Below are positions 8,663 through 19,226 of a stretch of DNA of 46,143 bases, piece after piece (the stretch's first letter is position 1; every line of letters begins with the position of its first letter). The stretch covers positions 1 to 46,143 of the forward strand of contig CALLPT010000157.1 of the NCBI GenBank assembly GCA_938015575.1, written 5' to 3'. Position numbers and translations under genes: made by a program. This DNA comes from an uncultured Acidimicrobiales bacterium (GTDB taxonomy: Bacteria; Actinomycetota; Acidimicrobiia; Acidimicrobiales; UBA10347). The notes under the pieces were generated by a model, which saw only the letters and a program-made list of their open reading frames with translations, was not told where the DNA came from and did no database searches.

Positions 8663-9475
8663 CTAGGTATCGGCTCGGCTTCGGTACAACTCGGGGAACA
8701 GCGGATGAATCATGGGTGCGCCGGTCGCCAGCTCATCGTCGAGGCCGTCGAAGGGCGGCGATGTTGTCCACGGGCGCGGGGCATGCACCATGTCGTCGCC
8801 CAAGAAGCGCACGGAAAGAACCCGGCGCCGGCCGGTGCCGGTGACGCCCGGCGCGCCATGCACCGTCAAGAAGTTGAAGAACACCGCATCGCCCGGCTCC
8901 AACGCCCAGGCGAGTTTTGGCCAGCGGTCCGGTTCCGCGTCGAAGTCGGGCAACTCGCGCAGGCTTCCCTCGGGAAACCACCGGGCCTGTTCGTCGAGGA
9001 ACGTACGCGGCAGATACCAGGGGCCGGTGTGCGTGCCCGCGATCAGCTGAAGCGAGGTGTCGAGTGGCACGGGGTCGACGGGCAGCCACATGCTCGCATT
9101 CAGCGAGCCTTCGACGTTGTAGTACGGCTGATCCTGATGCCAAGGCGTGCGTTGTCGGGTGCCGGGCTCCTTGGTCAGCATGTGATCGTGGAAGAGCCGG
9201 ATCGTCGACGAGCCCGTGAGGTGCGCCGCAATCTGCGCGGCCGGGGACTCGCGAACGAACCGTTCCATGGCCGGGATTCGGTGCCAGTTGCAGAAATCTT
9301 CGATGAACGGGGCGTCGTCGTCGGCGCTTGCTCGCTTCGCGAGGGGTGACAGGTCGGCGAGGTTCGCGTCGATCGCCTGCTCAGCCAATCTCATGTCGTC
9401 GGGCCCGAATGCTTGGCGGACACACACCGCGCCGTCGCGTTTCCAATCGCCTTCGATGATCACGATGTCCAGCAT
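8663..9475 (-). CDS. Phytanoyl-CoA dioxygenase (PhyH) family 2OG-Fe(II) oxygenase
   Basis: FHDHMLTKEPG, TPWHQDQPY (HxD), EPGDAVFF, TVHGA, RRRVLSVRF. Confidence 0.88.
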   Translation of the reverse strand: MLDIVIIEGDWKRDGAVCVRQAFGPDDMRLAEQAIDANLADLSPLAKRASADDDAPFIEDFCNWHRIPAMERFVRESPAAQIAAHLTGSSTIRLFHDHMLTKEPGTRQRTPWHQDQPYYNVEGSLNASMWLPVDPVPLDTSLQLIAGTHTGPWYLPRTFLDEQARWFPEGSLRELPDFDAEPDRWPKLAWALEPGDAVFFNFLTVHGAPGVTGTGRRRVLSVRFLGDDMVHAPRPWTTSPPFDGLDDELATGAPMIHPLFPELYRSRADT

Positions 9476-9501
9476 GCCCGAGCGACGGATAGCTTCGACC
9501 C

Positions 9502-9702
9502 ATGGGTGCCCTCCAACACGTCATCAAGGTCGAAGGCATGAGCTGTGAGCATTGCGTCGCGGCCGTCACTGCCGAAGTCGAAGCGGTCGCCGGTGTCGAG
9601 ACCGTCGTCGTAGATCTCGAAGCCGCGACGGTCACCGTCGACGGCGGCGACATCGCCACGATCCATGCGGCGATTGACGAAGCCGGTTACGACGTGGCCT
9701 AG
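9502..9702 (+). CDS. copZ: Heavy-metal-associated domain protein (CopZ-like copper chaperone)
   Basis: 66 aa with GMSCEHC (MxCxxC) and a C-terminal AIDEAGY. Confidence 0.85.
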   Translation: MGALQHVIKVEGMSCEHCVAAVTAEVEAVAGVETVVVDLEAATVTVDGGDIATIHAAIDEAGYDVA

Positions 9703-10859
9703 CGGGCTCGCTTCGGGCCGAGCGGTTCGGACGATCCGCGTCCTGGACCTAGCCCGATCGCGACCAACACGAGCGGCACCAGGCCGAGGGCGGCCGCGAG
9801 TAGGAACGCGGCGTTGACGTGGCGTTCGATCACCGGCACGAGCAGAAGCGGTCCGAGCGCGTGTCCGAGGAACCGGAACGAGAGCAAGAAGCTCAGCGCG
9901 CCACCTCGGTTCTCGGGCATGAGGCTGGCGCCGAGCGCCTGGAAGACAATCACGGTCAGCACCGTGAGCGCGCTGACGACCGCCCAGATCAATGCGAGCG
10001 ACACGGCACCGGTCGCAAAACTCAGGCAGGCGACGGACACGCTCGCCAACGCAATCGCCGTCAGCCCGACCCGTCTGGGTCCGTGGCGGTCCAGGACCCG
10101 ACCCCAGGCGGGCCCCAACAGCAGTGACGTCATGCTGCCGGCGAACAAGACGATCCCGGCCACGGTGCCGGAAAGTTCCAGAACGTCTCTCGCGGCGAGC
10201 CCCACCAGGACCCCAATACCGATCGGTCCGGTCGCCAAAAACAGAAAGGCCACACCGAGCAGCAACATCTGTTTGGTCAGCAGCGGGCGCAGCCGGGGCA
10301 TCGCGTCGGCGTCGGTGCGGGGTTCGCCAGGGGGAGGTGCGAGTGCGAGCAGGCCGGCGATGACGGCGGTGCCCACGAACGCCAGCTTCCAGTCCGTGTC
10401 GGCGGCGATGCCACCGAGTACCGGCCCAAGTCCTCCGCCGAGCGCCTGGAAACTCGAGTAGATCCCGACCTCGCGCCCGAGACGGTCGGCAGGTACCAAC
10501 TCGGCCAGGCCGGCAACGAGCAGTGGGGTGATGAACGCATTGCCGATCCCGGCCAGAGCGCGGGCGGCGATGAACAAGGTCAGGTTCGGGGCGAGAGCGG
10601 CCAACAGGCTTGCTGCCGCATACAGCAGGTAGGTGGCCCGCACGGTCCGCCGCCGCCCGAGCCGTTCACCAATCGTGCCGGAGAAAAGCAAGAAGACCGC
10701 GAACGGAATCAGATAGAGGCTGTACGCGAGCGAAACCTGGCTGGTGGTTGCGTCGAACTCGGTTCGCAACTCGGGGTACATCGGGATGATGACAATCGTG
10801 CCGAACGGCCCCATGAAGCCGCCGACATACAGCGGCAAGCGCTCGATGAATCCACGCAC
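9699..10859 (-). CDS. MFS transporter
   Basis: About 12 hydrophobic segments and the MFS motif A GTIGERLGRRR. Start (GTG 10859) is uncertain. Confidence 0.85.
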   Translation of the reverse strand: MRGFIERLPLYVGGFMGPFGTIVIIPMYPELRTEFDATTSQVSLAYSLYLIPFAVFLLFSGTIGERLGRRRTVRATYLLYAAASLLAALAPNLTLFIAARALAGIGNAFITPLLVAGLAELVPADRLGREVGIYSSFQALGGGLGPVLGGIAADTDWKLAFVGTAVIAGLLALAPPPGEPRTDADAMPRLRPLLTKQMLLLGVAFLFLATGPIGIGVLVGLAARDVLELSGTVAGIVLFAGSMTSLLLGPAWGRVLDRHGPRRVGLTAIALASVSVACLSFATGAVSLALIWAVVSALTVLTVIVFQALGASLMPENRGGALSFLLSFRFLGHALGPLLLVPVIERHVNAAFLLAAALGLVPLVLVAIGLGPGRGSSEPLGPKRAR

Positions 10860-10946
10860 GCTCGTCGTCGACCTCCCCGACGGAGCGTAGGCGGTCGCAG
10901 GTGAGGACTTGGAAGTCGGCGTTAACCGTTCACCTAGGATCGCTCC

Positions 10947-12143
10947 ATGGGGATGAACATCGATGAGATCGACGTTGCGTCGATCGACCACGTGCTGACG
11001 ACAACGAGGGCGGTGCGTCGTCGCCTCGACCTAGAGCGGCCGGTCGACAACGAGCTCCTGTACGACTGTATCGACATCGCCGAACAGGCGCCTTCGGGCG
11101 GAAACCAGGGGAGTCGACGTTGGGTGATCGTCCGTGACCCACGGGTCAAGGAGCAGATGGCCGAGCTGTACATGGAGACCGGCGGCCAGTTCATGATCGG
11201 GGCGCGAGACAAGATCGCGGGCACCGGTCATCCCCAAGAGCGGGTCATGGAGTCGGCCGCCTATCTCGCCGAGCACCTGGCCGAGGTCCCCGCGATCATC
11301 GTGCCCACGATCATCGGCGTGCACGACGGCAGCGGCAGGCCCGGCCTGTTTGACTCGGTCGTGCAGTCCGTCTGGAGCCTCTGCGTCGCGCTACGTGCCC
11401 GCGGCCTCGGCACTGCGTGGACGACCGCGATTCTCGGCAAGCGCGAGGAGCTTCGCGACGTGCTCGGTGTTCCCAAAGGCAACACGCAAATCGCGATGAT
11501 CCCAGTGGCGTGGTTCACGGGCGACGACTTCCGCCGCGCCCCGCGGTATCCGGCCCGCGAGATCACGGGCATCGACCGTTACGGCCATCAGTGGGAGCGC
11601 GGCCCGAGCGACCCGCCCTCGCTCGCCGATGGGCCCATGACGACGGTCGAGGTCGACATCAAGGCGCCGACCTCGGTCGTGTGGGACCGGGTGAGCGACA
11701 TCAATCTCAGTGAGCCGTACAGCGAAGAGTTCATGGGCGCCCGATGGGACGACGGCGTCGACGGCCCGGCCCTCGGAGCCAAGTTCATCGGGTCGAACAA
11801 GCACGACGCCATTGGCGAATGGGACGTCCCGTGTTTCGTCGATCGCTATGTCGAAGGTAAAGAGTTCGGCTGGTGCACCAGTGACCCGGACAATCCCGGC
11901 GCCCGGTGGTGGTTCGACATCGCCTCGATCGCGGGAGCAACGCGGGTGCGTTTTTCGGTCGCGCTCGGACCCGGGCCTTCGGGGATCAGCGCCGCCATCG
12001 AAGCGATGCCCGACAAGGAGCCTCGGATCCTGTTCCGTCGCATCGGCGAGCACCGGGCAAACATGCAGCGGGTGATCGATGGCTTGGCTGCCGAATTGGC
12101 AAAGCCGGCCGAGGATAAGCCAAACGTCATCTTCGGCGATTGA
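10947..12143 (+). CDS. Nitroreductase-family domain fused to a C-terminal SRPBCC domain
   Basis: N-terminal TTRAVRRRLD, QAPSGGNQG and LRARGLGTAWTT. C-terminal VEVDIKAPTSVVWDRVSD...FIGSN...WWFDI...NMQRVIDGL. Confidence 0.85.
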   Translation: MGMNIDEIDVASIDHVLTTTRAVRRRLDLERPVDNELLYDCIDIAEQAPSGGNQGSRRWVIVRDPRVKEQMAELYMETGGQFMIGARDKIAGTGHPQERVMESAAYLAEHLAEVPAIIVPTIIGVHDGSGRPGLFDSVVQSVWSLCVALRARGLGTAWTTAILGKREELRDVLGVPKGNTQIAMIPVAWFTGDDFRRAPRYPAREITGIDRYGHQWERGPSDPPSLADGPMTTVEVDIKAPTSVVWDRVSDINLSEPYSEEFMGARWDDGVDGPALGAKFIGSNKHDAIGEWDVPCFVDRYVEGKEFGWCTSDPDNPGARWWFDIASIAGATRVRFSVALGPGPSGISAAIEAMPDKEPRILFRRIGEHRANMQRVIDGLAAELAKPAEDKPNVIFGD

Positions 12144-12163
12144 CACGTTGCCGCAAAGTGCCG

Positions 12164-13297
12164 TCAGTCAGGCGTCGCGAACTCTCGTCGCAGGGCGTCG
12201 CTGTGTTCGCCGACCGAGGGCGCGGTCCGGGTCGGCGTTTGTCGATCCGAGCGAACCGGGTGAGCGGGAAGCCGGAACTCGATGCCACTCGAACTGATGC
12301 CCTGGCGCGTGCGCAGCGCCGCATGCTCGGCGAGTTCGTCGAGCGAGTTGATGGCTCCCCAGGCAATGGCGGCATCGTCGAGGCGGGCGCGAAAGGTAGC
12401 GGCGTCGAGCCCGCCGACGATCGCTGACATGTCGGGTTCCAACTCGGATCGGTTTGCGACCCGCTGTTCGTTCGACGTGTACCGCGGGTCGGTAGCCATT
12501 GGTTCAGCGTGCAGCACATCGCGGCACAGTCGCACCCATTCGCGTTCATTCTGAATCGAGATCAGGGTGAGGGATCCGTCGCTGGTGGCGTAGGCCCCGT
12601 AGGGTGCGATCGTGGGGTGGCGGAGCCCGACTCGCTTGGGGGCCATGCCCGCGGCGTGCTGCAGGAACGGCACCGTCATCCACTCGGCAGCGACGTCGAA
12701 GAGCGACACGCCGAGCGCCGCGCCCTGGCCGGTCACCGATCGCCCCACCAAGGCTTCGAGCACGGCGGCATAGGCCGTCACGCCGGTGCCGACATCGCAG
12801 ATCGAGACGCCGATACGGCCGAGTTCATCGGGCGAGCCGGACACAGCGATGAGCCCGCTCTCGGCCTGGACCAACAGATCGTACGCCCGCTTCTTGGCCA
12901 CGGCCGGCGAGTCGCCGTAGCCCGAGATGTCCACGGTGATCAGTCGGTCGTTGGCTTGGCGCAAGGCCGAGGCTCCGAAGCCGAGACGGTCGAGGGCGCC
13001 CGGCGCCAGGTTCTGGACGAACACGTCGGCGGCCGCGATCATGCGGTGCAGCAACTCGGCATCCCCAGAGTCCTTGATGTCGAGCACGATCGACTCTTTG
13101 CCCAGATTCGCCCAGCCGAAGTAGGAGCTGTCGCCTCCGGCGGCGCTGTCGTAGCCGCGTGCGAAATCGCCCGAGGCACGCTCGATCTTGATGACCCGTG
13201 CGCCCGCGTCGACCAGACGAGCCGTGCAGACGGGCGCCGCAACCGCCTGCTCGACCGAGACCACGGTGATGCCATCGAGCGGTAGCCGTTCGCTCAT
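12164..13297 (-). CDS. CaiB/BaiF (family III) CoA transferase
   Basis: PLDGITVVSVEQAVAAP, GARVIKIER, NLGKESI, ADVFVQNLAPG, AYDLLVQAESG. Confidence 0.92.
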   Translation of the reverse strand: MSERLPLDGITVVSVEQAVAAPVCTARLVDAGARVIKIERASGDFARGYDSAAGGDSSYFGWANLGKESIVLDIKDSGDAELLHRMIAAADVFVQNLAPGALDRLGFGASALRQANDRLITVDISGYGDSPAVAKKRAYDLLVQAESGLIAVSGSPDELGRIGVSICDVGTGVTAYAAVLEALVGRSVTGQGAALGVSLFDVAAEWMTVPFLQHAAGMAPKRVGLRHPTIAPYGAYATSDGSLTLISIQNEREWVRLCRDVLHAEPMATDPRYTSNEQRVANRSELEPDMSAIVGGLDAATFRARLDDAAIAWGAINSLDELAEHAALRTRQGISSSGIEFRLPAHPVRSDRQTPTRTAPSVGEHSDALRREFATPD

Positions 13298-14172
13298 GGT
13301 TGATCGGTTCCGCGGGGCCGCTGCGAGTAGTCCTGCCATGGTCCATCGCGCTCGGCAACGACAGGTCGCAGACCATGCTCGGCGATCTGTTCCTCCCAGC
13401 GATAGGCCTCTTCGGTGTGACGGGTGACGCCGTCAAAGAAGGTGCCGAGCATCTGGCTGGTTCGCAGACCCATGTTCTCGAACGCCTGGTTGATGAGCAT
13501 CTTGTTGAGCGCAAGCTGGTTCGCCGGGATCGTCGCCATACGCCGTGCTTCGGCCTCGATTGCCTCGCCGATGTCCTCGGGATCGTGCACATAGGAGACC
13601 AGTCCGATCCGGTGCGCGGTGGCGGCGTCGATCGCTCGCCCCGTCAGCAGGAACTGTTTGGCGTGTTCGAGCCCCAATCGGTAGACCCACAGCATGGTGG
13701 TTGGTGTGCCGTAGATGCGGCTGGGGGCGTAGCCGATGTGGGCGTCGCTGGCCATGAAGAGCAGGTCGCAGCAGAGCACGAGGTCGGTTGCTCCGCCGAC
13801 GGCCCAGCCCGTGACCTCGCCGAGCACAGGTTTGGGGCACTCCCAAATCTTCATGAACCGACGAACGTTGTTGCCCATGAACTGGTAGTCGCGCACCGGG
13901 TCCCACGCTCCTTCACGTGGCTTTGGTCCGCGAGCTCCGTACGGGGTTGACCACAACGGTGCGTCGGCGCCGGGGCTCAGGTCGTAGCCGGCCGTAAGGG
14001 TCCCGTTGGCGCCCCGGAGCACGATCGCTGCGACGTCGGGTGACTTGGTCGCTGCGTCGATGCCATCGGCAACACCCTGGATCACGTCGTCGTTCAGGGT
14101 GTTGCGCTTCTCGGGGCGGTTGAGCGTGATGACGGCGATCCCGTCACGTTCCTCGTAGAGAACAGAGTCCAT
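13294..14172 (-). CDS. Crotonase/enoyl-CoA hydratase family protein
   Basis: ITLNRPEKRN, AGYDL, PKPVLGEVTGWAVGGA, LLTGRAIDA. Confidence 0.9.
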   Translation of the reverse strand: MDSVLYEERDGIAVITLNRPEKRNTLNDDVIQGVADGIDAATKSPDVAAIVLRGANGTLTAGYDLSPGADAPLWSTPYGARGPKPREGAWDPVRDYQFMGNNVRRFMKIWECPKPVLGEVTGWAVGGATDLVLCCDLLFMASDAHIGYAPSRIYGTPTTMLWVYRLGLEHAKQFLLTGRAIDAATAHRIGLVSYVHDPEDIGEAIEAEARRMATIPANQLALNKMLINQAFENMGLRTSQMLGTFFDGVTRHTEEAYRWEEQIAEHGLRPVVAERDGPWQDYSQRPRGTDQP

Positions 14173-14235
14173 GGGCGGGAGCCTATGTGCCAGCGATCGG
14201 CCGTCTGGAACGGAGCCGTTGCTGTCGCGCTCGGT

Positions 14236-14760
14236 TCATGCGCCCGTGCGCTTCGCGTGTGCATCGGCGGCGAGCCGCACCGCATAGCCGAGGGCAATGA
14301 CGCCGAATGGCAACACGATCGTCTGCCACGTGGCGCGTGTGGCGACGAACCAAGCAACCGCGAACAAGCAGGCGCCGACCGCGCACACGATCGGCGCGCT
14401 GATCGCCGCCTCGACCCAGATCCGACGGTCGATGAGGGGTGCCCGGCGCAGGGTGATTGACAGGTCGACGAGCACCAGCGCGAGAAACAAGGAACATCCG
14501 GCCGCCAAGAGCATCCCAGCCCCCGGCTGGGCGAGGCCCGCGACAACACCGAAGAGCAGTGCGCCCGCACCAGATGTCACGGTGGATCCAACGATGCCGC
14601 CGACACCGATGACCACCGCTCCCACGAGCATGCCACCGAGCACGCTGTCGACATCGCTCACCCCGGCGACGAGGAAACCCATCGCGCCGACGACGACAAC
14701 GGCAGCGGCGAGGCAAAGCGTCGCCGACCGAAACAATCGGTCGAGGTGCCAGGTCAGCAT
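14236..14760 (-). CDS. Integral membrane protein in the MoxR operon
   Basis: About 6 hydrophobic segments. ATG overlaps the DUF58 stop (TGATG). Confidence 0.7.
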   Translation of the reverse strand: MLTWHLDRLFRSATLCLAAAVVVVGAMGFLVAGVSDVDSVLGGMLVGAVVIGVGGIVGSTVTSGAGALLFGVVAGLAQPGAGMLLAAGCSLFLALVLVDLSITLRRAPLIDRRIWVEAAISAPIVCAVGACLFAVAWFVATRATWQTIVLPFGVIALGYAVRLAADAHAKRTGA

Positions 14761-16121
14761 CAGCTCGCCACCCTTCGCATCGATTGGCGCAACCGCCGCA
14801 CGGCGGCGATCACGGCCGTGACGGGTTCGTCTGGCGACCAAGGCACCATCACGACGCCTCGTGCCCGAAGCGATTGCACGCCGACGGCTTGTTCGGCGCT
14901 GGCCAGGCGGCGGGCGAGTGTGGTCGTGCGTCCCTCGAACGCGAACGGGAGTCGGCTCGCCGGCGCTTCTTCGACCTGGGGGGCGAGTACGGCGACCGCA
15001 TTGCCTCGGCTGCGAAGCTCGGCGATGAGCGAGACCATGAGTGGGTCGCGCAGCGGGCTGACCGCGACGACGATGGTTTCGCGGCTGATGTTGTGGACTG
15101 CAGGAGGTCGGTACATGCGCAAGCTCGCGTCTGGCGCATTGCTTACGGCAATCAGTTCGTCGGCGATGCGATACAGCTGATTGCGTCCGAGTCGAGGAGG
15201 AAGCCAGCGAACGGTGTGGCCAACGACGAGGAGCCCGACCGGGTCGTGATTCGCGAGGTGGCCGCGGGCGAGCGCCATCGCGGCCGCGACCGAGCGCCGT
15301 TGTGTCGCAGATCGCGAGTCGCTCTCGCCGTCGTGGGCATCGACGATGACTACGACGGTCGCCGACCGGTCAGGATGCCGCAGCGTCACCCATGGCTCGC
15401 GGCGCCGGTTGGTGATGCGCCAGTTGATGTCTCGCATCGAGTCGCCCGGCAAATACGGCCGAATGTCGGCGATCTCGAGCCCTTGCCCCCGGTCGTTGCT
15501 GAGGTGGCTGCCGACGACGCGGCGGAAGCGGTCGGCTTCGAGCGAGGCTTGTAGACGATCCTCGGGCAGACCCACGCGCATCGACACGCCGGTGCTGCGG
15601 GCAATCGAACCACCGAAGAGCCCCAAGCGATCGGTGACCCGCACCCGTATCCGATCGACGGTCCCTACGCCCCATTCGTCGGCCGAGACCGGAAACGACA
15701 AGTGGCGCGTGGTCCCCGCAGCGACCGAGGTGACGGCCCGAAGCGTGTTGCGGGCTGCGATTCGTTCGCCGAGTTCGAGCTCGATCTCGATCCGTTCGAG
15801 TCCCTCGCTGCCCCCGTCGATTTCGACGAGGATGTTGAAATCGTCGCCCTCGACGAGATGAGGAGCGTCGATGCCGATGCGAACCTCGCCGATCACGGGT
15901 TTCCAGCGCGCGAACCCGACCGCAAGCGCGGCGAGCATCGGTGCGACCAGACCGAGCAGCTCTGGCTTCCGGGCACCCATCGCCGCGACGCACGCCGCGA
16001 TCGTGAGTCCGAACAACACGTCGAAAAGCGGCGTGCGCCCGCGCAGTTCGCGGTTGCCGGTGAGGCTGATGGTCTTGGCGTCGATCAGTTCCGGCGGGCG
16101 TTCAGGCACGGGTGCAGCCAT
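14760..16121 (-). CDS. DUF58 domain protein
   Basis: Two N-terminal TM segments, then GQGLEIADIRPYLPGDSMRDINWR, VIVDA and DPVGL. Confidence 0.88.
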   Translation of the reverse strand: MAAPVPERPPELIDAKTISLTGNRELRGRTPLFDVLFGLTIAACVAAMGARKPELLGLVAPMLAALAVGFARWKPVIGEVRIGIDAPHLVEGDDFNILVEIDGGSEGLERIEIELELGERIAARNTLRAVTSVAAGTTRHLSFPVSADEWGVGTVDRIRVRVTDRLGLFGGSIARSTGVSMRVGLPEDRLQASLEADRFRRVVGSHLSNDRGQGLEIADIRPYLPGDSMRDINWRITNRRREPWVTLRHPDRSATVVVIVDAHDGESDSRSATQRRSVAAAMALARGHLANHDPVGLLVVGHTVRWLPPRLGRNQLYRIADELIAVSNAPDASLRMYRPPAVHNISRETIVVAVSPLRDPLMVSLIAELRSRGNAVAVLAPQVEEAPASRLPFAFEGRTTTLARRLASAEQAVGVQSLRARGVVMVPWSPDEPVTAVIAAVRRLRQSMRRVAS

Positions 16122-16126
16122 GTTGG

Positions 16127-17097
<971 letters not shown>

Positions 17098-17101
<4 letters not shown>

Positions 17102-17466
17102 GTGGAGTCTCCCGCAAGGGTTTCGAGGTGCTGTTCGAGTGCGGTGAGTCGCGAATCGACCCAGCCGGCATCGTGTTCGGTCGGTGGTTCCGGATCAGGG
17201 GTGAGCTCGGCGGCCCGTTCCAGGCGCGCGACTTCGGCGACCAGATCGGGCCAACGGGTCGACTGTTCCCGAGCGCTGATGAGCGAGGTCTGCCAACGAC
17301 GTTCGTGGGCATCGAGTCGCCGGGTGCGTTGCCATTCCCACGTGAGCACGCCCCAGCGGCCGCGGCTGGCCGTGTCGGTCGGTGTCACCTGAGAGATCGA
17401 GCTCATCGACGATCCGATGAGCGCCATGGCGCCGAATGCGGCCAAGCAAAGCAAGAGGACGATCAT
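17098..17466 (-). CDS. Hypothetical protein with an N-terminal membrane anchor
   Basis: MIVLLLCLAAFGAMALIG. 4-bp overlaps with both neighbours suggest translational coupling. Confidence 0.65.
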
Positions 17467-18158
17467 CCGAACACCTTGGCCCGCGCAATGGCTCGGTATT
17501 CGTCTCGGAGCTCGCGAAGCGCATCGATCGCAGCAAGTCGAGCATCGGGGCCAAGCGGCTCCGAAGAGAAGCGGGCGACTTGAAACAGCTCGGTGAGCCG
17601 TCCCAGGGCCGGAGCGGCGGACTTGCGACGACCGAACACACGCGCCAAGTACTTGAGGGGTGTCTCGGCCGGCTTGCGTCGAAGCTCTCGGGTGCCGAGT
17701 CCGGTTTCGACGGCGGCATAGACCCGCTGGATCGCGATGCGAGGATCTTGTTCGAACTCGAGTTCGGCGATGAGTTCTTCGGCGAAGTCGGCGATCGTTT
17801 CGGCCTGCTCCTGTTCGGTCATGCGGGATTCTGACGAAGCAGGCGCCGCTCGCCGCCGCCCGAGCATCAGCTTGAAGCGCTGCCTCGTAAGGAACCACAG
17901 GGTCCCGATGCCAGCGCCGATCCCGACCACCCAGATCACCCATGGGGGCAGCTCGGCTTGGCGGATCTCGATCTGGCCCGGGCCCTCGACATCGACCGGG
18001 ATCGCATCGCGTGACTCGCCGCCTCGGCTGACTTGGCGTGAGCTTTCGGTCGGATCGCCACGGTCGAAGTTGAACTGCTCAGCGTTTCCGGCAATCCCGA
18101 CGAGGGTCAGCATCAATGCAGCCCCAGCGAGAAAGCCGACGAGTCGGCGAGTGATCAT
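17463..18158 (-). CDS. DUF4129 domain membrane protein
   Basis: Two TM segments, then DPRIAIQRVYAAVE...RKPAETPLKYL...LTELFQVARFS. Confidence 0.8.
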   Translation of the reverse strand: MITRRLVGFLAGAALMLTLVGIAGNAEQFNFDRGDPTESSRQVSRGGESRDAIPVDVEGPGQIEIRQAELPPWVIWVVGIGAGIGTLWFLTRQRFKLMLGRRRAAPASSESRMTEQEQAETIADFAEELIAELEFEQDPRIAIQRVYAAVETGLGTRELRRKPAETPLKYLARVFGRRKSAAPALGRLTELFQVARFSSEPLGPDARLAAIDALRELRDEYRAIARAKVFG

Positions 18159-18165
18159 CGAGTGG

Positions 18166-18984
18166 TCACGTTGCGCTGTACACCACGGGGCATTGTTCGC
18201 TGTCGAGCAGGTCGCCGGCGACCTTGCCGGGGACATGGACCGGAGTGCTCGTGCCGACGCGGGGGTCGTAGCGCACATCGTCGCCGCAATAGCGAACGGT
18301 GTAGCCGCGGCGGCGACGATTCGCCGTTGCATTGCCCGCGGCGAAGTGCAGGGTCATCGCGCTGAAGACATAGACATCGCCCGGCTCGAGATCCCAGCTC
18401 ACGATGTCGTAGGCGTCGCGATCGGCCTCGATGTCCGGGATCGTCTCATAGGCGGGATTGCGCTCGTACGCGCTGGCGCCGTTGTTCGGCCCGAACGACT
18501 CGGGCTGGAACCAGCGATCCCACTCGTGTGATCCACGCACGAACTCGAGGCGGCCGTTCTCGGCCGTCGTCGGGTCGAGGGCGACCCAGATCGAGATCAC
18601 GTCGCGTCCACTCACCGGCCAATACGGCTGGTCGTTGTGCCATCGGGTCGGATGATTCGCGCCGGCTTCCTTGACGAACAACTGGTCGTACAACAGGTTC
18701 AGATGCGAGGCGTCGACGAAGCGGCGTGCGATGGCAACCGGTGGACCGTCGAGGCAAAAGGCAGCGAAGTCGGGGTCGTTCTGCCAGACCCGCAAGTTGC
18801 CGTGGAACCGGCCGCCTTCGACGTCGTAGCTGTGGTCGAACGGTCCCGGCTCGGCGATGTCGCGCTCAATGGCCGCCGCCAACCGCTCCTGCCATTCCGA
18901 CGAGACCGCACCTCGAACCACCGTGGCGCCATCGCGCTGGTACTCGTCGACATCGGCGTCAGTGATGTGTGGCCCTTCGCTCAC
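18166..18984 (-). CDS. Phytanoyl-CoA dioxygenase (PhyH) family 2OG-Fe(II) oxygenase
   Basis: YQRDGA, YDQLFVKEAG, TRWHNDQPYW (HxD), LEPGD, TLHFA, RRRGY. Confidence 0.88.
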   Translation of the reverse strand: MSEGPHITDADVDEYQRDGATVVRGAVSSEWQERLAAAIERDIAEPGPFDHSYDVEGGRFHGNLRVWQNDPDFAAFCLDGPPVAIARRFVDASHLNLLYDQLFVKEAGANHPTRWHNDQPYWPVSGRDVISIWVALDPTTAENGRLEFVRGSHEWDRWFQPESFGPNNGASAYERNPAYETIPDIEADRDAYDIVSWDLEPGDVYVFSAMTLHFAAGNATANRRRRGYTVRYCGDDVRYDPRVGTSTPVHVPGKVAGDLLDSEQCPVVYSAT

Positions 18985-19027
18985 GCCCCGAAGGTAGCCG
19001 CGACGATGCCTTCGAGGCGAAGCGGCT

Positions 19028-19195
19028 CTAGGGAAGGATGACGGCTTGGGCGACGAGGACCTGTTCGCCGTCGTGGGTGATCGATGGCGAGCCGTACAGG
19101 ATGTAGCCGTCGGCCAGCGCGGCGGACACTCGTTCGCAGAATGCTGCGTCGTCGGGGCCGGTGAGAAGTCGATAGGTAAGACGCTCGTCGCTCAT
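19028..19195 (-). CDS. DUF1737-like small protein
   Basis: 55 aa YRLLTGPDDAAFCERVSAALADGYILYGSP...AQAV. Has its own TACCCT-N7-ATG start context. Confidence 0.8.
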   Translation of the reverse strand: MSDERLTYRLLTGPDDAAFCERVSAALADGYILYGSPSITHDGEQVLVAQAVILP

Positions 19196-19226
19196 TTCCC
19201 CGAGGGTAGATGATCCGCGTGGTGCC

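Noticed and set aside
19028-19195. DUF1737 as a dedicated member of the sulfur operon
   Set aside because: It has its own TACCCT-N7-ATG leaderless-type promoter, so co-regulation cannot be supported from sequence alone.
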